DNA of 64,000 bases from Minisyncoccota bacterium. Lineage in GTDB: Bacteria; Patescibacteriota; Minisyncoccia; UBA6257; 2-01-FULL-56-20. The notes beneath the pieces were generated by a model, which did no database searches, was not told where the DNA came from, and saw only the letters and a program-made list of their open reading frames with translations. The DNA lies in NCBI GenBank assembly GCA_035509435.1, contig DATJLR010000007.1, positions 65,555 to 129,554 on the forward strand, read 5' to 3'. This document shows, piece after piece, positions 46,227-55,661 of this stretch (the stretch's first letter is position 1; the number at the start of each line of letters is the position of its first letter). Position numbers and translations under genes: made by a program.

Positions 46227-47468
46227 TCATGGCCGCGCCCCGAGCGCCCCTTCTATTATGTTCACTGCCCCCACAATGTCCTTTTTTGTGGTCCCTTTCC
46301 CCAGGCTGAACCGCACACTTTCGGCCGCCCGCTCTTTTGAGTGGCCCAACGCCTCGATTACGTATGATGATTCCACCGCGCGGGAGCGGCACGCAGAACC
46401 GGAGGATGCGGCGAGGCCCGCGCGGTCAAAACGCGTGAGCAGGTCCTGCGCGGCGTGGCCGGGAAACCAGACATTCAAGACGTGCGGGGCCTTTGCGTCG
46501 CCTGCCGGACCGTTGATCTCGGCCTTCGGCGCGATCTCCTTTATCCGGCGCCACAGGTCATCGCGCAATGCGGCGATGCGCGCGCCCGTCTTTCCGCGCG
46601 CGCCGGCGGCGAGCTGCGCCGCTTTGGCGATTCCGACGATGCCCGGCACGTTCTCCGTGCCGGAGCGGACACCGAACTCCTGGCCGCCGCCGCGCGATTG
46701 CGCGGCAAGCGGAAATCCGCCATTCTCGCCGAACGATCTCTCATCGCGGCGCACATAGAGGGCGCCGACACCCTTCGGCCCGTGCATTTTGTGCGCGGAG
46801 AGCGTCATCATGTCAACACCAAGCAACTGGACGTCGCAGTAATAATAGAGGAATGACTGCGCGGCGTCGGTATGAAAGAGCGGATAGGGCGACTGCCGCG
46901 AGGGATCGCCGGCGGCGGCCTGCTTGCGAAATTCATCTATCATGAACCGTATCTCGCGGAGAGGCTGGACGGTGCCCGTTTCGTTGTTCACGTGCATCAC
47001 GGACACGAGAACGGTGTTTTCCGTGAGCGCGTTTTTGAGCGCGATGATATCGATCACGCCCTCTTTGTTGACCGGCAGCTTCACGACATCGACGCCCCAT
47101 TGCGCGAGGGCGTCCGCGGACTCCATCACCGATTCGTGTTCAACCGCCGAAATGATGATCCGCGGCTGCGCGGCGCCCGCCCCGGGGTCGTTCTGATGAT
47201 GCGCCTTATAAAATTCCACCGCGCCGCGGAGCGCGAGGTTGTTCGCCTCGGTGGCGCCGCCCGTGAATATGACCTCGCGGAAGTGCTTGGCGCCGATCAG
47301 TTTGCCCAGCTCCTCGCGCGCCGCGTCCACCGCGGCGATCGCGCGCTGGCCGAACGAGTGGAGCGATCCGGGATTCCCGAACTCGCGCGAAAAGTATGGC
47401 CTCATGGCGCGAAGAACGCGCGGATCGACGGGGGTCGAAGCAGCGTGGTCAAAATAAAGTCGGCGCAT
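46227..47468 (-). CDS. iscS: Cysteine desulfurase (IscS/NifS type)
   Basis: YFDHAAST, HTDAAQ, SAHKMHGPKGVG, RSGTENV, SSGSAC. Confidence 0.9.
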   Translation of the reverse strand: MRRLYFDHAASTPVDPRVLRAMRPYFSREFGNPGSLHSFGQRAIAAVDAAREELGKLIGAKHFREVIFTGGATEANNLALRGAVEFYKAHHQNDPGAGAAQPRIIISAVEHESVMESADALAQWGVDVVKLPVNKEGVIDIIALKNALTENTVLVSVMHVNNETGTVQPLREIRFMIDEFRKQAAAGDPSRQSPYPLFHTDAAQSFLYYYCDVQLLGVDMMTLSAHKMHGPKGVGALYVRRDERSFGENGGFPLAAQSRGGGQEFGVRSGTENVPGIVGIAKAAQLAAGARGKTGARIAALRDDLWRRIKEIAPKAEINGPAGDAKAPHVLNVWFPGHAAQDLLTRFDRAGLAASSGSACRSRAVESSYVIEALGHSKERAAESVRFSLGKGTTKKDIVGAVNIIEGALGARP

Positions 47469-47529
47469 AGGAATATTCTATCATGGTCTTTGCCCCGCGC
47501 TGCACAAGCCAGGTGCGCGGATGACGGTT

Positions 47530-48114
47530 CTACGAAAGCGACGGCGTGATCGCGAGGTTTGCGAACTCCACTTTTTCCACTTCCCCCGTCTTCCGGCTCG
47601 GCACCATCAAAAAATTCTGCTTGTGATAGAGATCATAGAGCTCTTTGGTGAGCTTCACGTCGTTCAGGCAATACTCCTTGAGCTCCTCGATCTTTCCGTC
47701 GCGATAGAGCGCTCCCGCCTCGGAGCCGTGATGGGTCTTTCCCGCGCCGTTGAGATTTGCGCCGGCGAGGCGATCCAGGCTGATGCGCGCGCCCGTCGCC
47801 ATCTCGATCTCCTCAAGCAGGTCCACGCGCTCCATCTCCCACAGGCGCGGCCCGTTCTTGAGCCGCTGAAAATACTGGTTGAGCACCGGGATGTCGTATC
47901 GATTCATGCTGAAGCCGACGATCCGCCGGGCGTCGCGGAACAGGTCCGCCAGCTTGTCCATCTCGTTCTCCTCGTAGCAGTAGTACCGGTCCTCTATATA
48001 TGAGTAGACGCCGACGACCGAGATCTTGAGCGCGGCATAGTTATCCCAGCCGACGTCCGGGTCGGTGAAGAAGTTCTGCGTTTCAATGTCGAATACGAGG
48101 GTGTCCAGTTTCAT
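47530..48114 (-). CDS. RNase H-like 3'-5' exonuclease-domain protein (YprB/PolB-like)
   Basis: FDIET, GF...YD, YCLNDV (DEDD-type). Confidence 0.8.
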   Translation of the reverse strand: MKLDTLVFDIETQNFFTDPDVGWDNYAALKISVVGVYSYIEDRYYCYEENEMDKLADLFRDARRIVGFSMNRYDIPVLNQYFQRLKNGPRLWEMERVDLLEEIEMATGARISLDRLAGANLNGAGKTHHGSEAGALYRDGKIEELKEYCLNDVKLTKELYDLYHKQNFLMVPSRKTGEVEKVEFANLAITPSLS

Positions 48115-48590
48115 ACGTGCCTATCCGCGACATTGGTTGCAGCGTAGCTGTCCGGCTTGATACGCACCTCAAAATTATTGGCGCGGATCATGCCGACGAT
48201 CTCGCTGATGACGGCTTTCGTCGGCCCGTTCATGCCGACGTCCGCGTGGATCTCGAACTCGAACTCCGGAAGCGGATATTTCTTAAGCTCGGAGAGCAGG
48301 CCGTGCGCGACCTCGAGCGAGATCAGCGCTTCGCGGACCATCCGGTCGCGGAGCGTGTGGAACTTGCCGAGCTCGAAGCGGCGATAGAAATAGCGGCCGC
48401 CGTTGCCGATGCGATGGACGACGACGGCGTTCACAAAGTCGGCGTCCTTGCTCGAAAGGAGCTGGGAGTCGGTGCCGATCGTCACGCGGTATTTGCGCGT
48501 GAGGTCGGAGCCCATGAACGCGATGATCTCGGCCACCACTTCCGGCACCGTGAGCCGAATTCCCAGCGAACTGATGAAGGTATCTGGCAT
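48111..48590 (-). CDS. RNase H-like YkuK/DUF458 family protein
   Basis: IGTDSQ, EIHADVG..G.T, IKPDSYAA..ADR. Confidence 0.85.
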   Translation of the reverse strand: MPDTFISSLGIRLTVPEVVAEIIAFMGSDLTRKYRVTIGTDSQLLSSKDADFVNAVVVHRIGNGGRYFYRRFELGKFHTLRDRMVREALISLEVAHGLLSELKKYPLPEFEFEIHADVGMNGPTKAVISEIVGMIRANNFEVRIKPDSYAATNVADRHV

Positions 48591-48628
48591 GATACCTGGA
48601 ATATACGCTTTTGAAGCGCCCGCGTCAA

Positions 48629-49411
48629 TTATTTTAAGATCTTTTTGATGATGCGGATCGTCTCTTTCGGCCCGCTTGTCGGGACCGTCTGGACGCCCGA
48701 TTTTTTCGCCGCTGCGTCGTTTCCGCCCGGATAGAGCGCATCGCCGATAAACACCATGTCTTTTATCCGTATCTTCAGCGTTTTTTCGATCTGCCGGACA
48801 CCATAGGCCTTATCGATCCCCTTTTGCGTTATATCTATTGTTGTGAATCCGGCGGCGTGAACCTCGAGATCCGGCAATTTTTTTTGAAGCAATTTGGCGA
48901 TCCTGAGCTTGGTGGGCGTATTCTTTTTTGTCCACTCCTCCTTCATACGCACCCCTTTCTTTCCAAGCTGCGCCACGACATCCTGGCCGAGGAACGAGTA
49001 GGACATCTGCGATCCCCTGTCCTCGAGCGTCTTACCGTAGGTTTTTTTCGGCGGAACATAGCCGATCTCACTGAAGACATCTTTTACGGCCTTCCGGATC
49101 CTCTGTTTTTTAGACGAGGACAGGAAGTGAGCATAGACATTCTTCCATCCCTTGTCGTAGCGGTAGAATGCCGTCGCGGTGGTCGGAAAAAGGAAGAGGT
49201 TTTTGAAAAGCTCCGTCGGACAATCAAGGTTCGCGAGGAACTGTTTGCGGAATTGCCGGTAGCTCCCGCCCCCGATCACCGCCACTTTCTTTTTCTCCAG
49301 CAACGATGTGAGTGCGCGGGACATATCCGGCGCAAGATCGGACTTCGTCTTGGTAAGCGTGCCGTCGAGGTCAAAGACAATAAGAGATTTTTTTGAGAGG
49401 TCGTTTTTCAT
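48629..49411 (-). CDS. HAD-IIB hydrolase (phosphomannomutase-like)
   Basis: FDLDGTL, EDRGSQ, GIDKAYG, FIGDALYPGGND. Confidence 0.85.
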   Translation of the reverse strand: MKNDLSKKSLIVFDLDGTLTKTKSDLAPDMSRALTSLLEKKKVAVIGGGSYRQFRKQFLANLDCPTELFKNLFLFPTTATAFYRYDKGWKNVYAHFLSSSKKQRIRKAVKDVFSEIGYVPPKKTYGKTLEDRGSQMSYSFLGQDVVAQLGKKGVRMKEEWTKKNTPTKLRIAKLLQKKLPDLEVHAAGFTTIDITQKGIDKAYGVRQIEKTLKIRIKDMVFIGDALYPGGNDAAAKKSGVQTVPTSGPKETIRIIKKILK

Positions 49412-49476
49412 ACCTACAGTATAACAAAACGGGACGTCTCAGATTTTGAGAGGCGTCCCGTCAGACTAAAACCGGA

Positions 49477-50064
49477 CTACTTTCTGACAAACACGGACTT
49501 CGGGTCGATAATCTCGTCGATGAGATTATGAGCCAGGGCTTCTTCAGCCGACAACCGCGCGTCCAGTACATCTCCGTCGCACATCAATTTGCGAATGGCC
49601 GCTTGGGATTTGCCCGCACGCTTGGCGATAAACCGCTCGAATCTGACCTGCCAGTCTCTCCCCTCTAAAAGACGTCGCTCGAAAATCGCGCGGATCGTTT
49701 TCTTGGGGAGGCTGTGGCTGAAATCAAAACTTGTTTTGATGCAATGAAGCAAGAACACCGAGTGTGGCGATGCCACTCGCCTACTACAGCTTTGTAGGAT
49801 CGGAACTGCCATTGACCAGCAATTTCCCATCACAACACCGATAACGGGCACTCGAATGCTGGCTATCGTGTCGCAGATGGAGAACGCCGGCGAAGCGTTG
49901 CCACCATCACAATCGACGATGAGACGTATTTCTTTATCGGACTCGAGGGCTAGGCCGATAAGCATCTGACACACTTTTTCTGCCCGATCGTGATCAATGT
50001 TGTCCAGCAGAAAGACCGTGCGTTGCCCTTGCAGTTTTTTTGCAATATCGTTTATTTCCGGCAT
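49477..50064 (-). CDS. ClpP-like protease, divergent paralogue
   Basis: DGG, CWSMA (Ser), LLH (His), LSAEEAL...LIDEI. Confidence 0.75.
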   Translation of the reverse strand: MPEINDIAKKLQGQRTVFLLDNIDHDRAEKVCQMLIGLALESDKEIRLIVDCDGGNASPAFSICDTIASIRVPVIGVVMGNCWSMAVPILQSCSRRVASPHSVFLLHCIKTSFDFSHSLPKKTIRAIFERRLLEGRDWQVRFERFIAKRAGKSQAAIRKLMCDGDVLDARLSAEEALAHNLIDEIIDPKSVFVRK

Positions 50065-50186
50065 GAGACCTCCCTAAAGAACCGGTTATAATATCTATTA
50101 TTTTGAAACAAATGTCAACTATACATCGATTTTAGCGTAGGAGCGTCTTCGTATTGCGCGTTACTCGTGCTAAAATAAATCACGTA

Positions 50187-52403
50187 ATGGCAAGAAAAAA
50201 GAAGCGGGGCAACAAGGGGCGGAACGGCGGGTCGAACTCGGGCAACAGCGGCAATGGAAACGCGGCCTCCGCAAGGAGTGCCGCGCGCGAACCGCTCCTT
50301 CACGCCGAGACCAAGAACAGCATCTGGGCGATAAGTTTCATTTGCGTGGCCGTGATCCTTTCGCTTGCGGGATTTGCGGAGGCGGGTCCCGCGGGAGCGG
50401 TCATCTATCAAGGCCTCGACACCCTCCTCGGCTGGGGCTACTTTATTTTGCCCGCGACGCTCCTCTTTGCCGCAGCGGTGTTCCTGCTCTCGCGCCAAAA
50501 GCGCATCCTCGCGACCACGCTCATCGGTTCCACGCTCCTTATATTGTCCGTGCTCGGCCTCATCGAACTGCTCTCTCCCACGCATGGCGGCTGGCTCGGG
50601 CTCGTCTTCGGATCGCTCCGCGTGCCGTTCGGCAACATCGCCGCGACCACGATCGACGTTTTCATCCTGATCATCTCGGTGCTCGTGACGGCGAACGTGC
50701 CGCTTAAAGTGACGTGGCCGTGGGAACGCACCGCGGGCGATGACGGAGACGAAGCCGCCGAGGATGCGGCGCCGCTCCTTGTGACCGGCACAGAAGAAGA
50801 GAAGGCCGCCCCCGAAAAACCCGCGAACGCGAAGGATGAGAAGAATAAAAAAGATGCGCCCGCGGAAGACCTCGCCGTCGTCCACGCGAAGAACGGCGAC
50901 GAACTTGCCGGTAAGGCGGCAAAGAAGCCGGCTCGGGCCCCCGTCTTCACGAACTACGTCCCTCCGCCGCTCTCGCTCCTCAAATCCGACACGTCGAAGC
51001 CGACCACCGGCGACCTTCTCGCGCACGCGAACATCATCAAACGCACGCTCGACAGTTTCGGTATTCCGGTGGAGATGGGCGAGATCAACGTCGGCCCCGC
51101 GGTCACGCGCTATACGCTGAAGCCGGCGGAGGGCGTAAAGCTCTCGCGCATCACGGCGCTGAACGCCGACCTCGCGCTTGCGCTCGCGGCGCACCCGATC
51201 CGCATCGAGGCGCCGATCCCGGGCAAGTCGCTCGTCGGTATCGAGGTGCCGAACAAGGCCGCCGCGCTCGTGCGCCTCGGGTCGCTCATGAACTATCCTG
51301 AGTTCATGCAGTCGGGTCCGCTCGGCTTCGTTCTCGGCCGCGACGTCTCCGGCGAACCGATCTTCGCGAACATAGAAAAGATGCCGCACCTCCTCGTGGC
51401 GGGCGCGACCGGCTCCGGAAAATCCATCCTGGTGCACTCGCTCATCACATCGCTCCTCTATAAGAACTCGCCGGCGACATTGCGCATGGCTCTCATCGAT
51501 CCCAAGCGCGTGGAACTTTCCATGTACGACGGCATTCCCCATCTCATCACGCCGGTCATCACGGAAAACAAAAAGGCGCTCGGCGTGCTCAAGTGGGCAA
51601 TTCAGGAAATGGACCGCCGCTACGAAATTTTGCAGCACGCCGGCAGCCGCGACATCAAGAGCTACAACGCAAAGAGCAAGCAGGAAGACCAGCTCCCGTT
51701 CATCCTGATCGGCATCGATGAGATGGCGGACCTCATGAGCTCGTTCGGACGCGAAGTGGAGGGCGCGATCGTGCGCCTGGCGCAGATGGCGCGCGCAACA
51801 GGTATCCACCTGCTCCTCGCCACCCAGCGCCCGTCGGTGGAGGTGATCACCGGCCTCATCAAAGCGAACATTCCGGCGCGCGTGGCGCTTCAGGTGGCAA
51901 GCCAGATCGATTCGCGCACGATCTTGGACGGCGCAGGCGCAGAGAAACTGCTCGGCCACGGCGACCTGCTCTTCTTATCTGCGGAACTCTCAAAGCCGAA
52001 ACGTATCCAGGGTTCGTACATCACCGAAGAAGAACTAAAGAGTGTGGTTGATTTTATAAAGACGAACAATAAAGTGGAGATGCCCGCCGAATCGTCGGAG
52101 GGTGACGGCGAGGAGAACATCGATAAGGCCGGCCCGATCACGCCCGCGGGCTTCGATCACTTCATCAACGCGAGCGGCGAGAGCGACGACGAAGACGAGG
52201 ACGACCTCCTCGACGAAGCGCTCGCCACGGTGCGCGACGCCAAGAAAGCATCGGCTTCGCTCCTCCAGCGCCGCCTCAAAGTCGGCTACGCCCGCGCCGC
52301 CCGCCTGCTCGACATCATGGAATCCGGCGGCTACATCGGCCCCGGCGACGGCGCCAAGCCCCGCGACGTGAACGTGGAAAAGATAGAGGAGCGGCTGTCA
52401 TAA
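50187..52403 (+). CDS. ftsK: DNA translocase FtsK/SpoIIIE
   Basis: N-terminal TM helices, PHLLVAGATGSGKS, DEMADLM, gamma domain LQRRLKVGYARAAR. Confidence 0.95.
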   Translation: MARKKKRGNKGRNGGSNSGNSGNGNAASARSAAREPLLHAETKNSIWAISFICVAVILSLAGFAEAGPAGAVIYQGLDTLLGWGYFILPATLLFAAAVFLLSRQKRILATTLIGSTLLILSVLGLIELLSPTHGGWLGLVFGSLRVPFGNIAATTIDVFILIISVLVTANVPLKVTWPWERTAGDDGDEAAEDAAPLLVTGTEEEKAAPEKPANAKDEKNKKDAPAEDLAVVHAKNGDELAGKAAKKPARAPVFTNYVPPPLSLLKSDTSKPTTGDLLAHANIIKRTLDSFGIPVEMGEINVGPAVTRYTLKPAEGVKLSRITALNADLALALAAHPIRIEAPIPGKSLVGIEVPNKAAALVRLGSLMNYPEFMQSGPLGFVLGRDVSGEPIFANIEKMPHLLVAGATGSGKSILVHSLITSLLYKNSPATLRMALIDPKRVELSMYDGIPHLITPVITENKKALGVLKWAIQEMDRRYEILQHAGSRDIKSYNAKSKQEDQLPFILIGIDEMADLMSSFGREVEGAIVRLAQMARATGIHLLLATQRPSVEVITGLIKANIPARVALQVASQIDSRTILDGAGAEKLLGHGDLLFLSAELSKPKRIQGSYITEEELKSVVDFIKTNNKVEMPAESSEGDGEENIDKAGPITPAGFDHFINASGESDDEDEDDLLDEALATVRDAKKASASLLQRRLKVGYARAARLLDIMESGGYIGPGDGAKPRDVNVEKIEERLS

Positions 52404-52494
52404 TTATTATTTTTTGTTTGAATCCCTCCCTCTCCGCAAAAAGAAAACCCCTCACCATTATCTGATGAGGGATTAGAATCTGACGCACTGCTGT

Positions 52495-52752
52495 TTAGTC
52501 GGTAATTGCGACTTTAATCTTATTGTCCTTGAATGGCATCTTCGGGTTCCCGTTATACAAATGTGGTCCGAAAATTTCCATCAGCTTCCAGAGCGGAAAA
52601 GATGTCCACCGAGGAGGATTGCCTCTCAAGGCCGCACGAGATCTCAGGGGTGGAACTTGTTCGCCGGTCTTGTCTTTCCACTCTTTCAAGATCTTTAGAC
52701 CGTGATCGGTCAGTTGCACTTTGACGTCATGGTTGGTATTGATGGTTATCAT
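52495..52752 (-). CDS. Small hypothetical protein (phage-like)
   Basis: MITINTNHDVKVQLTDHG...LWKLMEIFG; ATGA overlap with the upstream ORF. Confidence 0.55.
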   Translation of the reverse strand: MITINTNHDVKVQLTDHGLKILKEWKDKTGEQVPPLRSRAALRGNPPRWTSFPLWKLMEIFGPHLYNGNPKMPFKDNKIKVAITD

Positions 52753-53342
52753 TTCGGTCTCCTTCCGTTGAATGGAACCGTTTGCTTGATCGCCGTTTCT
52801 GATGTCAGTACCATGCATCCCGTTGAAAAAAGATGCGCCGATGCCATGAGAACAAAGATGAACCCAACGCCGAACATCTTTGCAAGATAGCCGCCCGCCA
52901 TCAACGCCAACCCTGCGACTATTCCGGTAATGGCATGGAATCTGCCGATGTGCTCGCCGCGCCTGTCTCCCTCCGTAATATCGGCAAGGAATGATGACTC
53001 TACGGTGGTAAAGCCATTTACCAGCCCGGCGAACAATTGGAGAAAGAACAGCTGTCCCACTGATGAGATCAGGAGGTAGGACAGAGTGATAGCCGCCTTC
53101 GCGAGCCCTTGGGCGACCAGAAACGGTTTACGGCCGAATCGGTCGGAATATCTTCCGGCCACATACGTCACTCCGGCATCCGCAAGAAGCATGATGCCCA
53201 TAGCGACACCAAGGTTTTCCAGGGTGCCACCCTTCTTCTGGATGAACAGAACGAAGAATGGCGCGAAGATCCCGCCGGCGAGCGACAAGATCACTTCCGA
53301 AGTCAAATACAGCTTATAGTTTCTTTTCAAAACCCCGGTCAC
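52749..53342 (-). CDS. Half-size (6-TM) MFS transporter
   Basis: GRYSDRFGRK motif A; only ~197 aa; GGAGG SD before GTG 53342. Confidence 0.7.
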   Translation of the reverse strand: MTGVLKRNYKLYLTSEVILSLAGGIFAPFFVLFIQKKGGTLENLGVAMGIMLLADAGVTYVAGRYSDRFGRKPFLVAQGLAKAAITLSYLLISSVGQLFFLQLFAGLVNGFTTVESSFLADITEGDRRGEHIGRFHAITGIVAGLALMAGGYLAKMFGVGFIFVLMASAHLFSTGCMVLTSETAIKQTVPFNGRRPK

Positions 53343-53483
53343 AACGCCACCTCCGCTCGGTTGAGCTGACGACATACTACCATATAATTATACATATGTC
53401 AATTTCGTTCGAACACCGTCCTACACTGCCCATAAAAATTTTACCTAAATTTAATCGCCCCCGTGCTAGTGTCCTCGCGTGGT

Positions 53484-53553
53484 GGGAGTGGCACGGTGCT
53501 GGATTCGGCTTGCTACCCGAATCCAAGGGGTTCGACTCCCCTCACTTCCACCA
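53484..53553 (+). ncRNA. D-armless tRNA-like RNA with Ala identity (G3.U70, A73, CCA)
   Basis: GGGAGTG/CACTTCC acceptor plus ACCA; canonical T arm AGGGG-TTCGACT-CCCCT; 9-nt connector in place of the D arm; 9-bp stem with CTTGCTAC loop. Confidence 0.7.
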
Positions 53554-53621
53554 CCCTTAAGGGTTATTAAATAATGATTAAAAAGAATTTGACGATGGCT
53601 TTGTTTCTGCTACAGTGAAGA

Positions 53622-53701
53622 TACCGGGTAGCAAGCCGAGTTCCAGCACAATGTTGGATTAAACACAAAAGACCCACACGTTCGGGTCTTTTGTGTTTTT
53701 T
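53622..53701 (+). ncRNA. Small RNA complementary to the tRNA-like RNA
   Basis: TTGACG-16-TACAGT promoter with extended TG (53589-53616); 53625-53649 is complementary to 53496-53519; 15-bp terminator at 53661-53698. Confidence 0.65.
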
Positions 53702-53726
53702 GGCGCCAAGCCGTAGAATCAGCTAT

Positions 53727-54476
53727 ATGGCCCCCAACGACCTTCCCTTCGAACAATTCTTTGCGGAAAAGATAAAAGAGCGCGGCGTGACGCTCAAAAA
53801 ACTGTCCGAAATGACCGGCATCGCGCCCACGCACATCGAGAACCTGTTGCGCGGCGACTTTGAGAACATGCCGTCCGCGCCGTACTTCCACGGCTATCTC
53901 CTTCACCTCGGCGACGTGCTCGGCTTTGACGGCGAGGAGTGGTGGCTGAAGTTAAAAGCCGAAGGCGTCATCAAAAATTCCGGCGAGCTCGATACGCTTC
54001 CGCGCAACCGCTTCATCAAGCAGTCGCCGCCGAAATATCTGTGGTGGATCGGCGCGGGCGTGATCGTGCTCATCTATCTCGCCTTCCAGGCGCCGCGCAT
54101 TTTCGGCACGCCGACGATCGCCGTCACCTTCCCCGACGCGAACCCGTACGTGACCGGCTCGAGCACCGTCACATTGACCGGCAGCGTGAGCGGCGCGAAC
54201 TCGCTCTATCTCGTTGGCGCGAACGGCGAACAGGAACAGATCATAGTGGCGCCGGACGGCACTTGGGAGAAGAGCGTCCTCCTTGGTGTCGGGCCAAATC
54301 CCTTCGAGATCTCGGCAAAGAAGTTCCTCGGCGGCACCGCGAACGTGACCGAGCAGATATTCTACCAGCCGGCAGGCGGCACAACGACCACGTCCACGCC
54401 CACCAGCACGCCTACGGGAGCCACCCCGACCGTCCCGGTCACCGGCACGACGACCCTCCAAAGCTCCGGTATTTAA
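53727..54476 (+). CDS. RodZ-like HTH-TM-Ig protein
   Basis: N-terminal HTH (LSEMTGI...LLRGDF..MP..Y..GYL), TM helix, Ig-like C-terminus. Confidence 0.7.
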   Translation: MAPNDLPFEQFFAEKIKERGVTLKKLSEMTGIAPTHIENLLRGDFENMPSAPYFHGYLLHLGDVLGFDGEEWWLKLKAEGVIKNSGELDTLPRNRFIKQSPPKYLWWIGAGVIVLIYLAFQAPRIFGTPTIAVTFPDANPYVTGSSTVTLTGSVSGANSLYLVGANGEQEQIIVAPDGTWEKSVLLGVGPNPFEISAKKFLGGTANVTEQIFYQPAGGTTTTSTPTSTPTGATPTVPVTGTTTLQSSGI

Positions 54477-54534
54477 GGTCTTTTTAACCTTTTCTTAATA
54501 TAAATTTAACCGCGGCTCTGATATAATGAAGCCT

Positions 54535-55632
54535 ATGAAAACATCCAAAAAAGGTGCCGACACCCATAAGCCGGCCGTAGGGCATGAAACAAAAAAAGGG
54601 GAGAAGTACGCGAGCAACAAAGAGGTGGACGAGCTCCTTTCGTCGCTCCAGGACAAATTCGGCGAGGGCGCCATCATGAAGCTCGGCGAGATGACGCACG
54701 TGAACGTCTCCGTCATCCCGACCGGATCGTTCTCTCTCGACCTCGCGCTCGGCGTCGGCGGCCTGCCGCGCGGGCGCATCACCGAGATCTTCGGTCCCGA
54801 GTCGTCGGGCAAAACGACGCTCGCACTGAACGTCGTCGCGCAGGCGCAGAAGCAGGGCGGGAAAGCGGCATTCATAGACGCGGAGCACGCGATGGACCCG
54901 GAGTACGCGGCCAAGCTCGGCGTGAACGTGAACGAGCTTCTGATCTCCCAGCCGGATAGCGGCGAGGAGGCGTTGAACATCTTGGAAAGCTTGGTGCGCT
55001 CGGGGATCATCTCCGTCGTGGTCGTCGACTCCGTCGCGGCGCTCACGCCGCGCGCGGAGCTCGAGGGCGAAATGGGCGAACAGCACGTGGGACGCCAGGC
55101 GCGCATGATGGGCCAGGCGCTCCGCAAACTGACCGCGCTCGCCGCGAACACGCAGACGCTCATCATCTTCATCAACCAGCTCCGTATGAAGATCGGCATC
55201 ATGTTCGGCAATCCGGAAACGACGCCGGGCGGCCGCGCGCTCCCCTTCGCCGCGTCGGTGCGCATCGACATCCGCCGCATCGCGCAGGTCAAGAAGGGCG
55301 AGAACGTCGTCGGCAACCGCGTGAAGGCAAAGGTGGCAAAGAACAAAGTCGCCCCGCCGTTCAAGTCGGCGGAGTTCGACATCCTCTTCGGCGAGGGCAT
55401 CTCGTACGCCGGCGATGTCCTGAACGCCGCCGTCAATCACGGCGTGGTCAAGAAATCCGGCTCAAGTTTCAGCTACAACGGCGAGCGGCTTGGCGTGGGC
55501 TTTGAGAATTCCAAGGCAAAATTAAAGGAAGATAAAAAGCTGTTTGACGAGATAAAGAAAAAGACCGCGGAGGCCTACAAAAGCGGCGACGGGATAACCG
55601 AGAAGGCGGCAGAAACGGAAGAAAAAGAATAA
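54535..55632 (+). CDS. recA: Recombinase RecA
   Basis: [33 protein letters not shown]; ATG 54526 overlaps the -10 box, so 54535 was chosen. Confidence 0.97.
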   Translation: MKTSKKGADTHKPAVGHETKKGEKYASNKEVDELLSSLQDKFGEGAIMKLGEMTHVNVSVIPTGSFSLDLALGVGGLPRGRITEIFGPESSGKTTLALNVVAQAQKQGGKAAFIDAEHAMDPEYAAKLGVNVNELLISQPDSGEEALNILESLVRSGIISVVVVDSVAALTPRAELEGEMGEQHVGRQARMMGQALRKLTALAANTQTLIIFINQLRMKIGIMFGNPETTPGGRALPFAASVRIDIRRIAQVKKGENVVGNRVKAKVAKNKVAPPFKSAEFDILFGEGISYAGDVLNAAVNHGVVKKSGSSFSYNGERLGVGFENSKAKLKEDKKLFDEIKKKTAEAYKSGDGITEKAAETEEKE

Positions 55633-55661
55633 AAATTAAAACCCCGGGCCATCCGGGGATT

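Noticed and set aside
53484-53701. Standard or permuted two-piece tmRNA
   Set aside because: Both acceptor strands lie within 70 nt in unpermuted order, and there is no tag frame, pseudoknot region or adjacent smpB
54477-54525. Possible dif site near ftsK/xer
   Set aside because: AT-rich, but no convincing 11-6-11 XerC/D arrangement
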